The position numbers and the translations under genes were made by a program. The notes under the pieces were generated by a model. That model ran no database searches. It had not been told where the DNA came from and saw nothing but the letters and a program-made list of their open reading frames with translations. A DNA stretch of 58,882 nt from Gammaproteobacteria bacterium (lineage in GTDB: Bacteria > Pseudomonadota > Gammaproteobacteria > Pseudomonadales > Pseudohongiellaceae): contig PBTW01000020.1 in the NCBI GenBank assembly GCA_002729315.1, forward strand, positions 24,240-83,121. Reading direction: 5' to 3'. Shown here one piece after another: positions 28,282 through 38,588 of the stretch. Numbering within the stretch: the first letter of the stretch is position 1; every line of letters begins with the position of its first letter.

Positions 28282-29523
28282 TCAGGCGCTGCTGTGTTCA
28301 CCGTCCGGATTACCCAGTTCAAAAGCACTGTGTAACGCGCGCACGGCTAATTCGAGATACTTTTCTTCAATGACCACTGAAATCTTTATTTCGGAAGTGG
28401 TTATGATCTGGATATTGATGCCTTCCTGCGCTAACGCCTTGAACATTTTGCTGGCAATGCCCGCATGAGACCTCATACCCACACCCACCAGAGAGACTTT
28501 GCAGATCTTGGTATCCAAATCCACCGCCCGCGCTTTTAGGGAACTGGCAATGTTGTCCAGAATTGATTTGGCGCGCTCACTTTCGCCTCGCTTAACGGTA
28601 AAAGTGATATCGTTCGTACCATCAGCAGCCGCGTTCTGAACGATAACATCCACCTCAATGCCTGCTTCACTCACCGGCCCTATGACGTTATAGGCGGTTC
28701 CTGGCAAATCAGGCACACCGGTCACGGTCAATTTGGCTTCGTCGCGCTCAAACGCAATACCAGCAATGCTCGGATCTTCCATAGCCTCATCTCCTTCAAA
28801 ACTGATCAGAGTGCCCTCACCCTCCTCAAAACTGGAAAGCACTCGTAATGGCACCCTATATTTCCCGGCAAACTCGACCGAACGAATCTGCAGCACCTTA
28901 GCGCCCAAACTCGCCAGTTCAAGCATCTCTTCAAAGGTTACTGTTTTTAGCAAGCGGGCTTCCTCAACCACGCGCGGATCAGTGGTGTACACACCTTTGA
29001 CATCGGTATAGATCTGACACTCATCTGCCTTGAGCGCTGCCGCGAGTGCGACCGCGGTCGTGTCACTACCACCCCGACCAAGGGTTGTGATACACCCGGC
29101 CTCATTAACCCCCTGAAATCCGGCCACCACCACTACATTCTGCTGCTCTAGTTGCGCCAAAATCCGCGTGCTGTCAATCTCGCGGATCCTAGCTCTGGTG
29201 TGAGCATCGTCGGTGAGAATGCGCACCTGACCGCCAGTGAAGGATCTCGCCCCGTATCCCCGCTTTTCTAGAGCCATACTCAAAAGCGCAATAGTGACTT
29301 GCTCTCCCGTAGAAAGCAGCACATCCATTTCCCTCAATGTCGGCTGCCCCATCATTTCCTGAGCCAGCGCGGTAAGTCGGTTCGTCTCGCCGCTCATCGC
29401 AGAAACCACGACAACTACATCATATCCGTGATCCCGGAACCCAATAATCTTTTCTGCGACGGCCTCTATCCTTTCTACAGAGCCCACCGACGTTCCGCCG
29501 AATTTTTGTACTATCAATGCCAT
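28282..29523 (-). CDS. lysC: Aspartate kinase (monofunctional, ACT-domain type)
   Basis: MALIVQKFGGTSVG..., GRGGSDTTA and two C-terminal ACT domains. It starts 12 nt after alaS. Confidence 0.95.
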   Translation of the reverse strand: MALIVQKFGGTSVGSVERIEAVAEKIIGFRDHGYDVVVVVSAMSGETNRLTALAQEMMGQPTLREMDVLLSTGEQVTIALLSMALEKRGYGARSFTGGQVRILTDDAHTRARIREIDSTRILAQLEQQNVVVVAGFQGVNEAGCITTLGRGGSDTTAVALAAALKADECQIYTDVKGVYTTDPRVVEEARLLKTVTFEEMLELASLGAKVLQIRSVEFAGKYRVPLRVLSSFEEGEGTLISFEGDEAMEDPSIAGIAFERDEAKLTVTGVPDLPGTAYNVIGPVSEAGIEVDVIVQNAAADGTNDITFTVKRGESERAKSILDNIASSLKARAVDLDTKICKVSLVGVGMRSHAGIASKMFKALAQEGINIQIITTSEIKISVVIEEKYLELAVRALHSAFELGNPDGEHSSA

Positions 29524-29535
29524 TTCAGATTATCT

Positions 29536-32139
29536 CTAGAGCAGGCGAGCCTCCAGCCACGGCTGTACACTATCAAGCGCTACCGACAGATTTTCTGGCT
29601 GGCTGCCTCCTGCCATCGCCATTTCTGGGCGGCCGCCGCCTTTACCTCCGACCTGCTCGGCGACCATGTTCACCAACTCGCCGGCTTTGACTCGGTCAGT
29701 GACCTCTTTACTGACACCTGCCACGAGGTTCACTTTACCCTCCGCCGCACAGGCAAGCACAATCACCGAGGCACCCAACTTATTTTTCAAATGATCGACC
29801 GTATCGCGCAGAGACTTTGGATTGAAGTCTTCGAGATTGGCGACCAGCATCTTAATTCCTTCCAGCTCGACAGCGCCCGACCCGAGATCATCGCCGGTAC
29901 TTGCCGCCATTCGAGCTTTAAGCCGAGCGAGCTGTTTCTCGAGGGCCCTATTTTGGCTCAACAGGCCGGACAGCTTGTCCAGCAGACCCTCGGTTCCGGT
30001 TTTCAGCAGCGCCGAAGCCTCACGCAGGACATCCTGCTCCCGCTCGATCAGTGCTAGCGCACCGCGCCCCGTAAACGCTTCGATACGTCGAACTCCGGCT
30101 GAAATACCGGATTCACTGACAATCTTGAACAAACCGATGTCGCCTGTCCTATCAACATGGCAACCGCCACAAAACTCGACAGAATAGTCTCCCCCCATAG
30201 AGACGACCCGCACCTCTTCGCCGTATTTCTCTCCGAACAGTGCCAATGCTCCCTTGCTTCTAGCCGCTTCAATTGGCATGACTTCTTTGCTGACTTCGGA
30301 ATTAGCCAGAATTTCGGCATTCACCTGCGCTTCAATGCTCCGAATTTCTTCAGCAGACAGAGGGGCTCCATGGGAAAAATCAAACCGCAGTCTGTCCGCC
30401 TCAACCAGAGAACCTTTTTGCAGCACATGATCACCGAGCACGCTGCGCAGGGCCGCGTTCATCAGATGGGTGGCCGAATGATTCAGCGTAATCGCTGACC
30501 GTTCGTTACCGGCCACCAGCGCCCTCACTGAATCCCCAATTTTCAGATTTCCACTGGTCAGCCTGCCCCTGTGGATAAAAATCTCTGACTGCTTCTGTGT
30601 GTCCGAGATCTCGAAGCGCGCATCACCACTCTCCAACAAACCGGCATCACCAATCTGTCCTCCCGATTCAGCATAGAAAGAAGTGGTATCGAGGACGATT
30701 AGCACCTCACCGGTGGCCGGAACAATATCAAGCTTTTCGTTGGCCGGAGAAAATATCGCGACGATCTGCGCGTCTGATGTCAGACTGGTATACCCCGTGA
30801 AAACTGTTTTCTCCAGCCCTTCAAGATCGAGCTTCTCAACCGCAGAAAAGTTGCTCGCTGCCCGAGCCTGGTCGCGCTGAACCTCCATGGCAGCCTCAAA
30901 ACCGGACATATCCAGAGTCAGATTATGTTCGCGCGCAATATCCGCAGTGAGGTCAACCGGAAAACCGTAGGTATCATACAGCTTGAATACCGTTTCACCG
31001 GCAATCACAGCACCTGACAGCTCCTGAATGGCTTTTTCTAGAATATCCATTCCATTATCCAAAGTGCGGGCAAACTGTTGTTCCTCTTCATTCAGCATCT
31101 TCTCGACGTAAGTCTGACGCTCTAGCAATTCAGGATAGGCTTCTCCCATCACGCGCGCGAGAGATGCCACAACTTTGTGGAAAAAAGCCTCTTTGACACC
31201 CAACCGATATCCGTGTCGCACGGCGCGCCGAATAATCCGCCGCAGAACGTATCCGCGACCTTCATTAGACGGAGTCACTCCATCGACTACAAGGAACGCA
31301 CAAGAGCGAATGTGGTCGGCAATCACACGCAAGGAATTATTCTGTAAGTCACTAGTCCCGGTAATCTGCGCAATATCACTGATCAGTTCAACGAAGAGAT
31401 CTATCTCGTAGTTGCTGTGAACTTGCTGAAGAACCGCTGCGATACGCTCAAGGCCCGCACCGGTATCAACAGACGGCTTCGGCAGTGGCGTCATGCTCCC
31501 GTCAGCTTTCCGTTCAAACTGCATAAAGACCAGATTCCAGATTTCGATATAGCGATCACCATCCTCATCGGGACTGCCCGGCGGGCCTCCCGCCACATCA
31601 GAGCCGTGGTCATAAAAGATTTCAGAGCAGGGCCCGCAGGGACCGGTATCACCCATCGCCCAGAAATTGTCTTTCTCACCTAGGCGCGAAAAGCGCGCTG
31701 GGTCGACTTTGACCTCGTTCAGCCAGATGTCAGCCGCTTCGTCATCATCCTGATAAACAGTGACCCAGAGCCTGTCAGCTTGCAACCCAAGTTCTTCGGT
31801 GAGAAATTCCCACGCAAACTGAATGGCCCCTCGTTTGAAATAATCACCGAACGAGAAATTGCCCAACATTTCAAAAAACGTGTGGTGCCGAGCGGTGTAG
31901 CCCACGTTCTCTAAGTCATTGTGCTTGCCACCTGCTCTCACACATCGCTGAGAACTTGTCGCCCTGACCCTTTCCCGTTTTTCATCTCCAAGGAATACGT
32001 CCTTGAACTGTACCATGCCCGCATTGGTGAACAGCAAAGTGGGATCATTGGCAGGAACCAGGGAACTGCTAGGCATTATTTCGTGATCACGCGCCGCAAA
32101 GTAGTCGAGAAACTTTTGTCTTATTTCAGCAGATTTCAT
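29536..32139 (-). CDS. alaS: Alanine--tRNA ligase
   Basis: [21 protein letters not shown]..., the HxxxH/CxxxH editing motifs and a C-terminal DHHA1-like domain. I chose the ATG at 32139. The ORF track adds a 35-aa non-homologous extension. Confidence 0.95.
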   Translation of the reverse strand: MKSAEIRQKFLDYFAARDHEIMPSSSLVPANDPTLLFTNAGMVQFKDVFLGDEKRERVRATSSQRCVRAGGKHNDLENVGYTARHHTFFEMLGNFSFGDYFKRGAIQFAWEFLTEELGLQADRLWVTVYQDDDEAADIWLNEVKVDPARFSRLGEKDNFWAMGDTGPCGPCSEIFYDHGSDVAGGPPGSPDEDGDRYIEIWNLVFMQFERKADGSMTPLPKPSVDTGAGLERIAAVLQQVHSNYEIDLFVELISDIAQITGTSDLQNNSLRVIADHIRSCAFLVVDGVTPSNEGRGYVLRRIIRRAVRHGYRLGVKEAFFHKVVASLARVMGEAYPELLERQTYVEKMLNEEEQQFARTLDNGMDILEKAIQELSGAVIAGETVFKLYDTYGFPVDLTADIAREHNLTLDMSGFEAAMEVQRDQARAASNFSAVEKLDLEGLEKTVFTGYTSLTSDAQIVAIFSPANEKLDIVPATGEVLIVLDTTSFYAESGGQIGDAGLLESGDARFEISDTQKQSEIFIHRGRLTSGNLKIGDSVRALVAGNERSAITLNHSATHLMNAALRSVLGDHVLQKGSLVEADRLRFDFSHGAPLSAEEIRSIEAQVNAEILANSEVSKEVMPIEAARSKGALALFGEKYGEEVRVVSMGGDYSVEFCGGCHVDRTGDIGLFKIVSESGISAGVRRIEAFTGRGALALIEREQDVLREASALLKTGTEGLLDKLSGLLSQNRALEKQLARLKARMAASTGDDLGSGAVELEGIKMLVANLEDFNPKSLRDTVDHLKNKLGASVIVLACAAEGKVNLVAGVSKEVTDRVKAGELVNMVAEQVGGKGGGRPEMAMAGGSQPENLSVALDSVQPWLEARLL

Positions 32140-32319
32140 GGGTTTGGATGCCGCTGGGTTGAATAATTTGGTAATAACGAGTCGCCAATTAACAAGGCGG
32201 CGATTATAGCGCCATATCCACTGTGGTTGCAGGGAAAACTCCAACTGAATGAAGCTTCAGTAGCTCCACAAGGATCGCGGAGAAGGAAGCCCAGCCGCGG
32301 CTAACGAGTTGGAGACAGC

Positions 32320-33444
32320 TTATTTAAAGTCAGTTTTACCCTTGTCGACCAGCAACGCAGAAACTGTCGGATTAAGACTCACATTATTAATCGTCTTATC
32401 TTCCGGCACCCTGAGATTGCCATCACTGGACAACATAATCGCGACCGATCGGGTCTGAGGAAAGTGGCTGAGAACTATCGCGACTATGATCAGGAAAGGA
32501 ACACACAGAAACATACCCGGTATTCCCCAAATTGCATTCCAAAGCGCAAGATTCAGCAAGATAACGACGGGGCTGAGATTAAACGACGAACCCATGAACC
32601 GGGGCTCGAGAATGTTTCCAATGCAGAGTTGCAGCATGCCAATGCCCAGCAGCACAAGAACGAACAGACCGTAACCGTCCGATTGGGCGAGCGCAATCAG
32701 CGCTGGAAACAGGGTCGCTGCAATGGAGCCAACTGTCGGAATAAAATTGAGCAAGAAAATCAGCAAGCCCCACAGACCGGCAAAATCTACTCCTACCGAA
32801 AGCAAATAAAGATAACTGGCTAGACCCGTCAGGGAACTGGTGAACAACTTGATACTCATGTACTTCTGAATGTCGTCGCGGATTTGCGTGATGATTTGCT
32901 GTGCCTCTGCTTCCTTTTCAGGATCCGCTACCAGTGCAGCAATCTTGTTACTGAAATGCCCCTGCTCGAGAAAGAGAAAACCCAAATAGATCAGTATCAA
33001 CCCACCACTGGCAAGAATACCGGCTAGAGAAGAAGCAGCCGATGTCGCGTAGGACGGAATGTCAATCCATTCGACCAACAAATCGCTGAGCGGTCGCTCT
33101 TCGAACGCGGTAAAATCGACAAAGGGCAAATTTTGTAGGCGATTGGTCAGATTTTCCTGATAAACAGGTGCCACTTCCAACACTTCATCAGCAGAAGCGC
33201 TCAAGAAATTAATCAGCACCCATATAAGAGAAAGAAATATGAAAACTGCAGCCGTGCGGCAAAATAGAACAGGCAGCCTGTAACTGGCCACTTCAATCCG
33301 ATGAAGAGACTGTGCCAAAGTGTTGATCAAATGCCAGAGCGCAATGGCTATTACCAGCGGCAGCAGCAGTGGTTCGCCTACAATCAAAAGATAAAACACC
33401 AGCACTACCAGCACGGCTGATGCGGTAAAGTGGAGAACTCTCAT
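32320..33444 (-). CDS. AI-2E family transporter (PerM/UPF0118)
   Basis: 374 aa and polytopic, with a family-typical GLWGLLIFLLNFIPTVGSI segment. Confidence 0.85.
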   Translation of the reverse strand: MRVLHFTASAVLVVLVFYLLIVGEPLLLPLVIAIALWHLINTLAQSLHRIEVASYRLPVLFCRTAAVFIFLSLIWVLINFLSASADEVLEVAPVYQENLTNRLQNLPFVDFTAFEERPLSDLLVEWIDIPSYATSAASSLAGILASGGLILIYLGFLFLEQGHFSNKIAALVADPEKEAEAQQIITQIRDDIQKYMSIKLFTSSLTGLASYLYLLSVGVDFAGLWGLLIFLLNFIPTVGSIAATLFPALIALAQSDGYGLFVLVLLGIGMLQLCIGNILEPRFMGSSFNLSPVVILLNLALWNAIWGIPGMFLCVPFLIIVAIVLSHFPQTRSVAIMLSSDGNLRVPEDKTINNVSLNPTVSALLVDKGKTDFK

Positions 33445-33705
33445 AAACTGGATTCCCTTGGGCGTGTAGCGGCGCCGAAAGCATATTCAGCAAACGGCCG
33501 GGCGCATTTTTGAATCAATACGAACGTCTGAGCGGTTTTCGGACTGACCATACTTGATTTCTGCAATCCTTGCACAAGTCTTTGCAGACTAGCATTATCC
33601 ATCGCGCTTTCATCAGGTCAGTCTGTCACGCTGCAGGCCCGAATCGGATGGCACTGACTGCCAGTAGCCCCTGCTTATCAGTATCCCCGATAACGGATAA
33701 ACCGG

Positions 33706-36621
33706 CTAGATCGATTCAAATGCGTCGGCGACTACTCCGGGCGTGAGAATTTGGGGAAGGATAACGGGCTCTTTGTCTGGCTGCCCCGGAAATAGAACGT
33801 AAAGCGGCACGGATGGCCGATTGAACCGCTCCAGAACAGCAGTGATCTCCGGATCTTCGTTAGTCCAGTCACCCTTCATATAGGTTATACCCCGGTCAGC
33901 CATCACCGTTTTGACACGCTCCGTGCCGAGCGTGGTCTGCTCATTAGCCAGACAGGTAATGCACCAAGCCGCGGTCATGTTGACGAAAACCGGTTTACCG
34001 GCGGACTGGAGCTCTTCCAGACGCTGAGCACTGAAAACCTCATAATCCTGCGATGCATCCTCTTCATTAGCTGCCACATCAGAAGTCGCCGGCACAGGTT
34101 GCAGAAATGGCGTCTGAACCAGATAAACTGCGAGAACCAGAGTCGCCACGCTTATTCCGTAATTCAGCGTGCGCAGGGATGGCCCCATAGTGTAGCGGCG
34201 CTGGTAGAGCCAGGCGGCAAACGCCATAACCACGCATATGCCCAGCACCAGCGACATCCCCATCACTCCCACCTGATTACCAAGCACCCAGAGAAAAAAT
34301 AGCGCAGAGGCATACAGCGGAAAGGCCATGAACTGCTTGAAGGTCTCCATCCACGGCCCGGGTTTGGGTAAAAATCGAAACAGCGCGGGTGAGTAACTCA
34401 GCAACAGAATCGGAAAAGCCATACCCACTCCCAGTGAGAAAAATACAGCCATGGCCACCAGCCAGGACTGCGTCAGCGCAAAACCGATCGCCGGCCCCAT
34501 AAAGGGTGCCGTGCACGGCGTTGCGACGGTAGTGGCCAGCACACCGGTAAAGAACGATCCCTGATAGCCACCCTCGGCGGTGAGAGAGCCGCCGGCTCCC
34601 ATCAGGCTGGTCCCTATCTCAAAGACGCCTGACAGACTCAGGCCCATCAGGAAAAACAGATAAACAATGAACGCCAGAAACCAGGGCTGCTGAAACTGGA
34701 ATGCCCAGCCCACTGCTTCCCCTCCCGCCCTGAGCGCAATCAGCACCGACGCCAGCGTGACGAATGCCACTACCACACCGAGCGTATAGAACACGCCGTC
34801 CATACGCTGCTTCTGACTGGATTCACCCACATTCTTTGCAAAGCTCATCGCCTTGATGGACAGCACCGGAAAGACGCACGGCATCAGATTGAGAATCATG
34901 CCACCAAGAAAGGCAAACCCCATAAACATGAGTATCCCGGAACTTCCGCCTGCGTCAAACCCGCTATCTGCAGACGCAGAAAATGGCAAGATGGTGCTGG
35001 CGTCTGCGGCCGGATTGACGAAATCAAAGGCCACGCGTTCTCCGATTTCATTTTCCAGCACAAGCACTCCGAACACTTCCGACAAATCCTGCAGCATGCG
35101 CCGGGGTTGCTGGTGCGTAATCTGCAGAAAATTGGCCTGCATAGACACATCACGAAGAGGTCCGGGCTTGATTATCCGGCGCTGTTCCGGAAAAAAGTAG
35201 GCATCAGAATATCGGTCGAACAGTGGGCCAGAGGATTCAAAGCCAAGGCTGACCCGTTGACCGGCCACGGCAATGATCGAGCGAATGTCGTGGACAGCTT
35301 CAGGCAGCTGTGCGCGCGCGTCGGCGAACAGGGCTTGGGTTCCGGCATCGAGCTCGGCGACTTCACCGACGGGCAGTTTTATGCTCAGCCTCTGCTCACC
35401 GGGTATGCAAACCTGATCGCACACATTCCAGTAAGCCAGCGCGCTCAATTCTACCTGGTCTGCACTGAAACCTGCCGGCAGGGTGACGGCAACAGGAAGG
35501 ACGACTTCCTGCTCATAACCAAAGTTCACAAGGTCCGTCTCATAAAACGGCAGCCAGTGCGGGGCCGGCCACTGTAGCTCGCCAACCTGAGTCCCTCCCG
35601 GAGCCTGCCACTCCGTCAGGGTAGTAGGCTCCCCGCTGTCACCCCCCATTTTCCAATAGGTGTGCCAGTGCTCAGCCGGGTCGAGCCGGAGCGCCAGCCA
35701 GGTGGTTTCACCGGGCAAAATGTTGGTGGTCTCGGACAGCAATTCGACTTCAATACTGTGATCCCAGGCCGCGGCACTGCGCGTTGCTGTGAGTTCAAAA
35801 GCCCGCAGTTCACCTTTATCGTCTCTGACCGAGAGCAGACCTTCCAACTCGTTACGCGCGTCATCGTACCGGCGGTGCTGTTCGGTTGATATCTGGACTC
35901 TGCCACCGTCCAGCATGACCTCTCGATAGGGTGCGTAACGCATAATGCGACGCTCCGTCGGGAAAAACCACGCCTCATCAATGTCGGTAAACGGCGCTTC
36001 CTCGCCCGCGATCATGACATTGACCTTGCCATCGTGATCATTGAATTCAGCGACCAGCTCGTGCTGACCCTCTGGAGTCGGGAGCAAACTGCGGGTCTCA
36101 ACAAACGCCCCTACCCAGCGGGCATCTGCTTCGAGGGTGGAGCTGACCGGAAGAGAAATGGCAAAGTCTGCCTCCCCCGGGATACAGATTTCATCGCACA
36201 CCTGCCACTCGACACGCGTGCTCGCCTGAAACACATCCTCTTGAAAGTCCTCAGGCACCGTCAACGCTATCGGCAGGAAGACCTCGCGCTCGTAAGTAAA
36301 GGTCACCAGATCGCTGCCAAGAAAGGGGGTCCACTCGGGAATCGGCCACTGGATCTGCCCCACCGCCGCACCAGCCGGCAGCTTCCAGTCCACCGCCCGC
36401 GTCGCTTCGCCACTGTCACCGCCAAATTTCCAGTAGGTGTGCCAGTGATCAATAGGATCAAGGCGGATTGCCAACCAGGTAGTCTGGCCGGGCACGACAT
36501 TTACGGTCTCCGAGACGAGCTCAACCTCGATCTGATCGGTTTGATGCACCTGTGCGCTGACAGTCATCGCGAACAAAGAAAACACGATGAATATCAATAG
36601 CCTGGTCTTATTTAGGGCCAT
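33706..36621 (-). CDS. DsbD/ScsB-family thiol:disulfide reductase with a duplicated periplasmic N-terminal module
   Basis: Signal peptide. Two ~255-aa modules each carry C-x3-C (VCDEICIPG, VCDQVCIPG). The CcdA-like membrane core has LMPCVFPVLS and TPCTAPF. The C-terminal thioredoxin fold has WCITC. Confidence 0.85.
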   Translation of the reverse strand: MALNKTRLLIFIVFSLFAMTVSAQVHQTDQIEVELVSETVNVVPGQTTWLAIRLDPIDHWHTYWKFGGDSGEATRAVDWKLPAGAAVGQIQWPIPEWTPFLGSDLVTFTYEREVFLPIALTVPEDFQEDVFQASTRVEWQVCDEICIPGEADFAISLPVSSTLEADARWVGAFVETRSLLPTPEGQHELVAEFNDHDGKVNVMIAGEEAPFTDIDEAWFFPTERRIMRYAPYREVMLDGGRVQISTEQHRRYDDARNELEGLLSVRDDKGELRAFELTATRSAAAWDHSIEVELLSETTNILPGETTWLALRLDPAEHWHTYWKMGGDSGEPTTLTEWQAPGGTQVGELQWPAPHWLPFYETDLVNFGYEQEVVLPVAVTLPAGFSADQVELSALAYWNVCDQVCIPGEQRLSIKLPVGEVAELDAGTQALFADARAQLPEAVHDIRSIIAVAGQRVSLGFESSGPLFDRYSDAYFFPEQRRIIKPGPLRDVSMQANFLQITHQQPRRMLQDLSEVFGVLVLENEIGERVAFDFVNPAADASTILPFSASADSGFDAGGSSGILMFMGFAFLGGMILNLMPCVFPVLSIKAMSFAKNVGESSQKQRMDGVFYTLGVVVAFVTLASVLIALRAGGEAVGWAFQFQQPWFLAFIVYLFFLMGLSLSGVFEIGTSLMGAGGSLTAEGGYQGSFFTGVLATTVATPCTAPFMGPAIGFALTQSWLVAMAVFFSLGVGMAFPILLLSYSPALFRFLPKPGPWMETFKQFMAFPLYASALFFLWVLGNQVGVMGMSLVLGICVVMAFAAWLYQRRYTMGPSLRTLNYGISVATLVLAVYLVQTPFLQPVPATSDVAANEEDASQDYEVFSAQRLEELQSAGKPVFVNMTAAWCITCLANEQTTLGTERVKTVMADRGITYMKGDWTNEDPEITAVLERFNRPSVPLYVLFPGQPDKEPVILPQILTPGVVADAFESI
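35002..36531 (-). repeat. Tandem intragenic duplication (two ~770-nt units, roughly 35755-36531 and 35002-35754)
   Basis: IEVELVSETVNVVPGQTTWLAIRLDPIDHWHTYWKFGGDSGE... aligns with IEVELLSETTNILPGETTWLALRLDPAEHWHTYWKMGGDSGE..., and the alignment continues to ...FFPTERRI / FFPEQRRI. The DNA copies are clearly related but diverged. Confidence 0.75.
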
Positions 36622-36846
36622 AAATAAATCCTGTAATCGGGTACACGTTCCTTACCCGCTAAACCTGCTATACCGGGACGAAAGGTACCAAAATCGCCCT
36701 CTGCTGTCATGAAGCTGTCGGCCGGCCCGCACGAACCCTTCAGTGCCCCTCGCATTTGTTAGCCTGAGTCAATCACACTCCTGATCCAGAAAAACGCGGT
36801 TCGCGAGAAAACGGACTCGCCCCGGCCTGAATATTATCGCCTCCGG

Positions 36847-38580
36847 CTATTGGCTCCGGAGTATTTTTTCCACCATCAGCTGTAAATTCAGCGAATCCCG
36901 GAAGTCGTTTACTGCCAGACGGAAGACTAGCTCTATCTGGGTAGCCTGTGTGTCCGGCCAGGTCTCCTCAGGCACGTTGAACGCGATGGCGTCGACCATT
37001 TTCCCCGGTTCAGATTCAGGGCTCAGCACCATTTTTAGATGCTTGCCACCGAGTCTGCGCTGATCACGCAGAAGGAACCTGCCATCAAACTGGGGCTCGG
37101 GGAACGCCTGCCCCCAGGGCCCTGCAGCCTGAATCAGCTGCGCAGTTTCCAGCGTGAGATGGTTGGCAGCAACCTCGCCATCACTTTCGATAACGGCCTG
37201 CAGCTGCGATCGGCTCAGCCGTTGACGCGCCTCGGCCTCGAACGCCGATCGAAAAGCGGTCAGCTTATCAGGCGCGAGGCCAAGACCGGCGGCCATTGCA
37301 TGGCCCCCAAATTTAGTGATAAGCCCCGGATTTTTGGTGGCCACAGCATCAAGCGCATCGCGGATGTGAAAGCCGCCGATAGACCGGGCAGAGCCTTTGA
37401 GTTCCTTGCCTCCCTCAACCGTTGCAAAGGCGATCACCGGGCGATGATATTTTTCCTTAATGCGTGACGCGAGGATACCCACCACACCCTGATGCCAACG
37501 TTGATCAAACAAACAGAACGAGTTGGGCAAGTCTGACTTATTGATTTCAAATTCCTCCAGAGACTCAAACGCCTGCTGACGCATATCCGCTTCGATTTGC
37601 TTTCGATCCTGATTCATCGCATCCAGTTGAAGCGCCAGTTGGTAAGCCGTATCGGCGTGCTTAGACAGCAGGCATTCAATCCCCGTAGTCATGTCATCAA
37701 GGCGACCCGCCGCGTTAAGCCGGGGACCGACGCCAAAGGCCAGGTCTGAAGCCGTAAGCGCGGTCGTGTTCTTGCCGGCCACCTGCAACAGTGCCTGAAT
37801 ACCAGGCCTTGCTTTGCCTGCTCTTATCCTGCGAAGCCCCTCCGCAACCAGGATCCTGTTGTTATGGTCAAGCGGGACGACGTCAGCGATCGTACCCAAT
37901 GCGATCAGATCAAGTAGCGCGGCCATGTTAGGTTCGGACAGGCCGCTTTCAAACCGCCCCAGTTCGCGCAGTCTGCCCCTGAGCGCCAACATCACGTAAA
38001 AAATCACGCCCACGCCGGCAATGGCCTTGCTTTTGAAAGAACAGCCTCGCTGATTAGGGTTCACAATAGCGTCAGCCTCTGGCAGTGTTTCCGGGGCAAG
38101 GTGATGATCAGTGATGAGAACCTGACTGCCGATTCGCTTGGCTGCCTCAACACCGGCAACACTCGAAATCCCGTTGTCTACGGTAATGATTAGATCCGGC
38201 TCCTTTGCCTTAGCCAACTCGTTAACAATTTTTGGCGTTAAGCCGTAGCCGAAGTCGAATCGATTGGGAACAATATAATCAACGTGACGAAAGCCGAAGT
38301 CCTGCAAGGCACAGGTTGCGAGCGCACAACTGGTTGCGCCATCTGCATCGAAGTCGGATACGATCAGAACGCGACGCTGATGATCCAGCGCCGCGACCAG
38401 CAAATCGACGGCAGTCGCCATCCCGAGCAATTCATGAGGGGGAATAAGATTCACCAGTGCCAGGTCAAGTTCCTGCTCACCGGTGAGGCCGCGCTGGCGA
38501 TACACCCGCTGCAGCAGGGGGTGCATCGCTGCTGGAAGTGTTAAGCCTTCATCAGGGCTTCGCCGCTGCAGTCGAGTCAT
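36847..38580 (-). CDS. recJ: Single-stranded-DNA-specific exonuclease RecJ
   Basis: DHH motifs (VSDFDADGATS, ITVDNG, ITDHH) and DHHA1 (GGHAMAAG). Confidence 0.95.
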   Translation of the reverse strand: MTRLQRRSPDEGLTLPAAMHPLLQRVYRQRGLTGEQELDLALVNLIPPHELLGMATAVDLLVAALDHQRRVLIVSDFDADGATSCALATCALQDFGFRHVDYIVPNRFDFGYGLTPKIVNELAKAKEPDLIITVDNGISSVAGVEAAKRIGSQVLITDHHLAPETLPEADAIVNPNQRGCSFKSKAIAGVGVIFYVMLALRGRLRELGRFESGLSEPNMAALLDLIALGTIADVVPLDHNNRILVAEGLRRIRAGKARPGIQALLQVAGKNTTALTASDLAFGVGPRLNAAGRLDDMTTGIECLLSKHADTAYQLALQLDAMNQDRKQIEADMRQQAFESLEEFEINKSDLPNSFCLFDQRWHQGVVGILASRIKEKYHRPVIAFATVEGGKELKGSARSIGGFHIRDALDAVATKNPGLITKFGGHAMAAGLGLAPDKLTAFRSAFEAEARQRLSRSQLQAVIESDGEVAANHLTLETAQLIQAAGPWGQAFPEPQFDGRFLLRDQRRLGGKHLKMVLSPESEPGKMVDAIAFNVPEETWPDTQATQIELVFRLAVNDFRDSLNLQLMVEKILRSQ

Positions 38581-38588
38581 GGTCGCAT

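Noticed and set aside
29524-29535. Lysine riboswitch expected in front of lysC
   Set aside because: Only 12 nt separate alaS and lysC, which leaves no room for a leader. This is the Pseudomonas-like co-transcribed arrangement.
29299-30057. 252-aa plus-strand ORF
   Set aside because: It is antisense to lysC and alaS, has low-complexity Arg/Ser/His-rich composition and no family resemblance. It is a shadow ORF of strongly supported genes.
32140-32244. 35-aa N-terminal extension of alaS in the ORF track
   Set aside because: The canonical AlaRS N-terminus ([14 protein letters not shown]) starts at the internal ATG, and the extension is Trp/Arg-rich and non-homologous. Similar extensions were trimmed for DAHP synthase, obg, the CoA-transferase, rplS, trmD, ETF-QO, the serine hydrolase and the PPTase (49211-49417).
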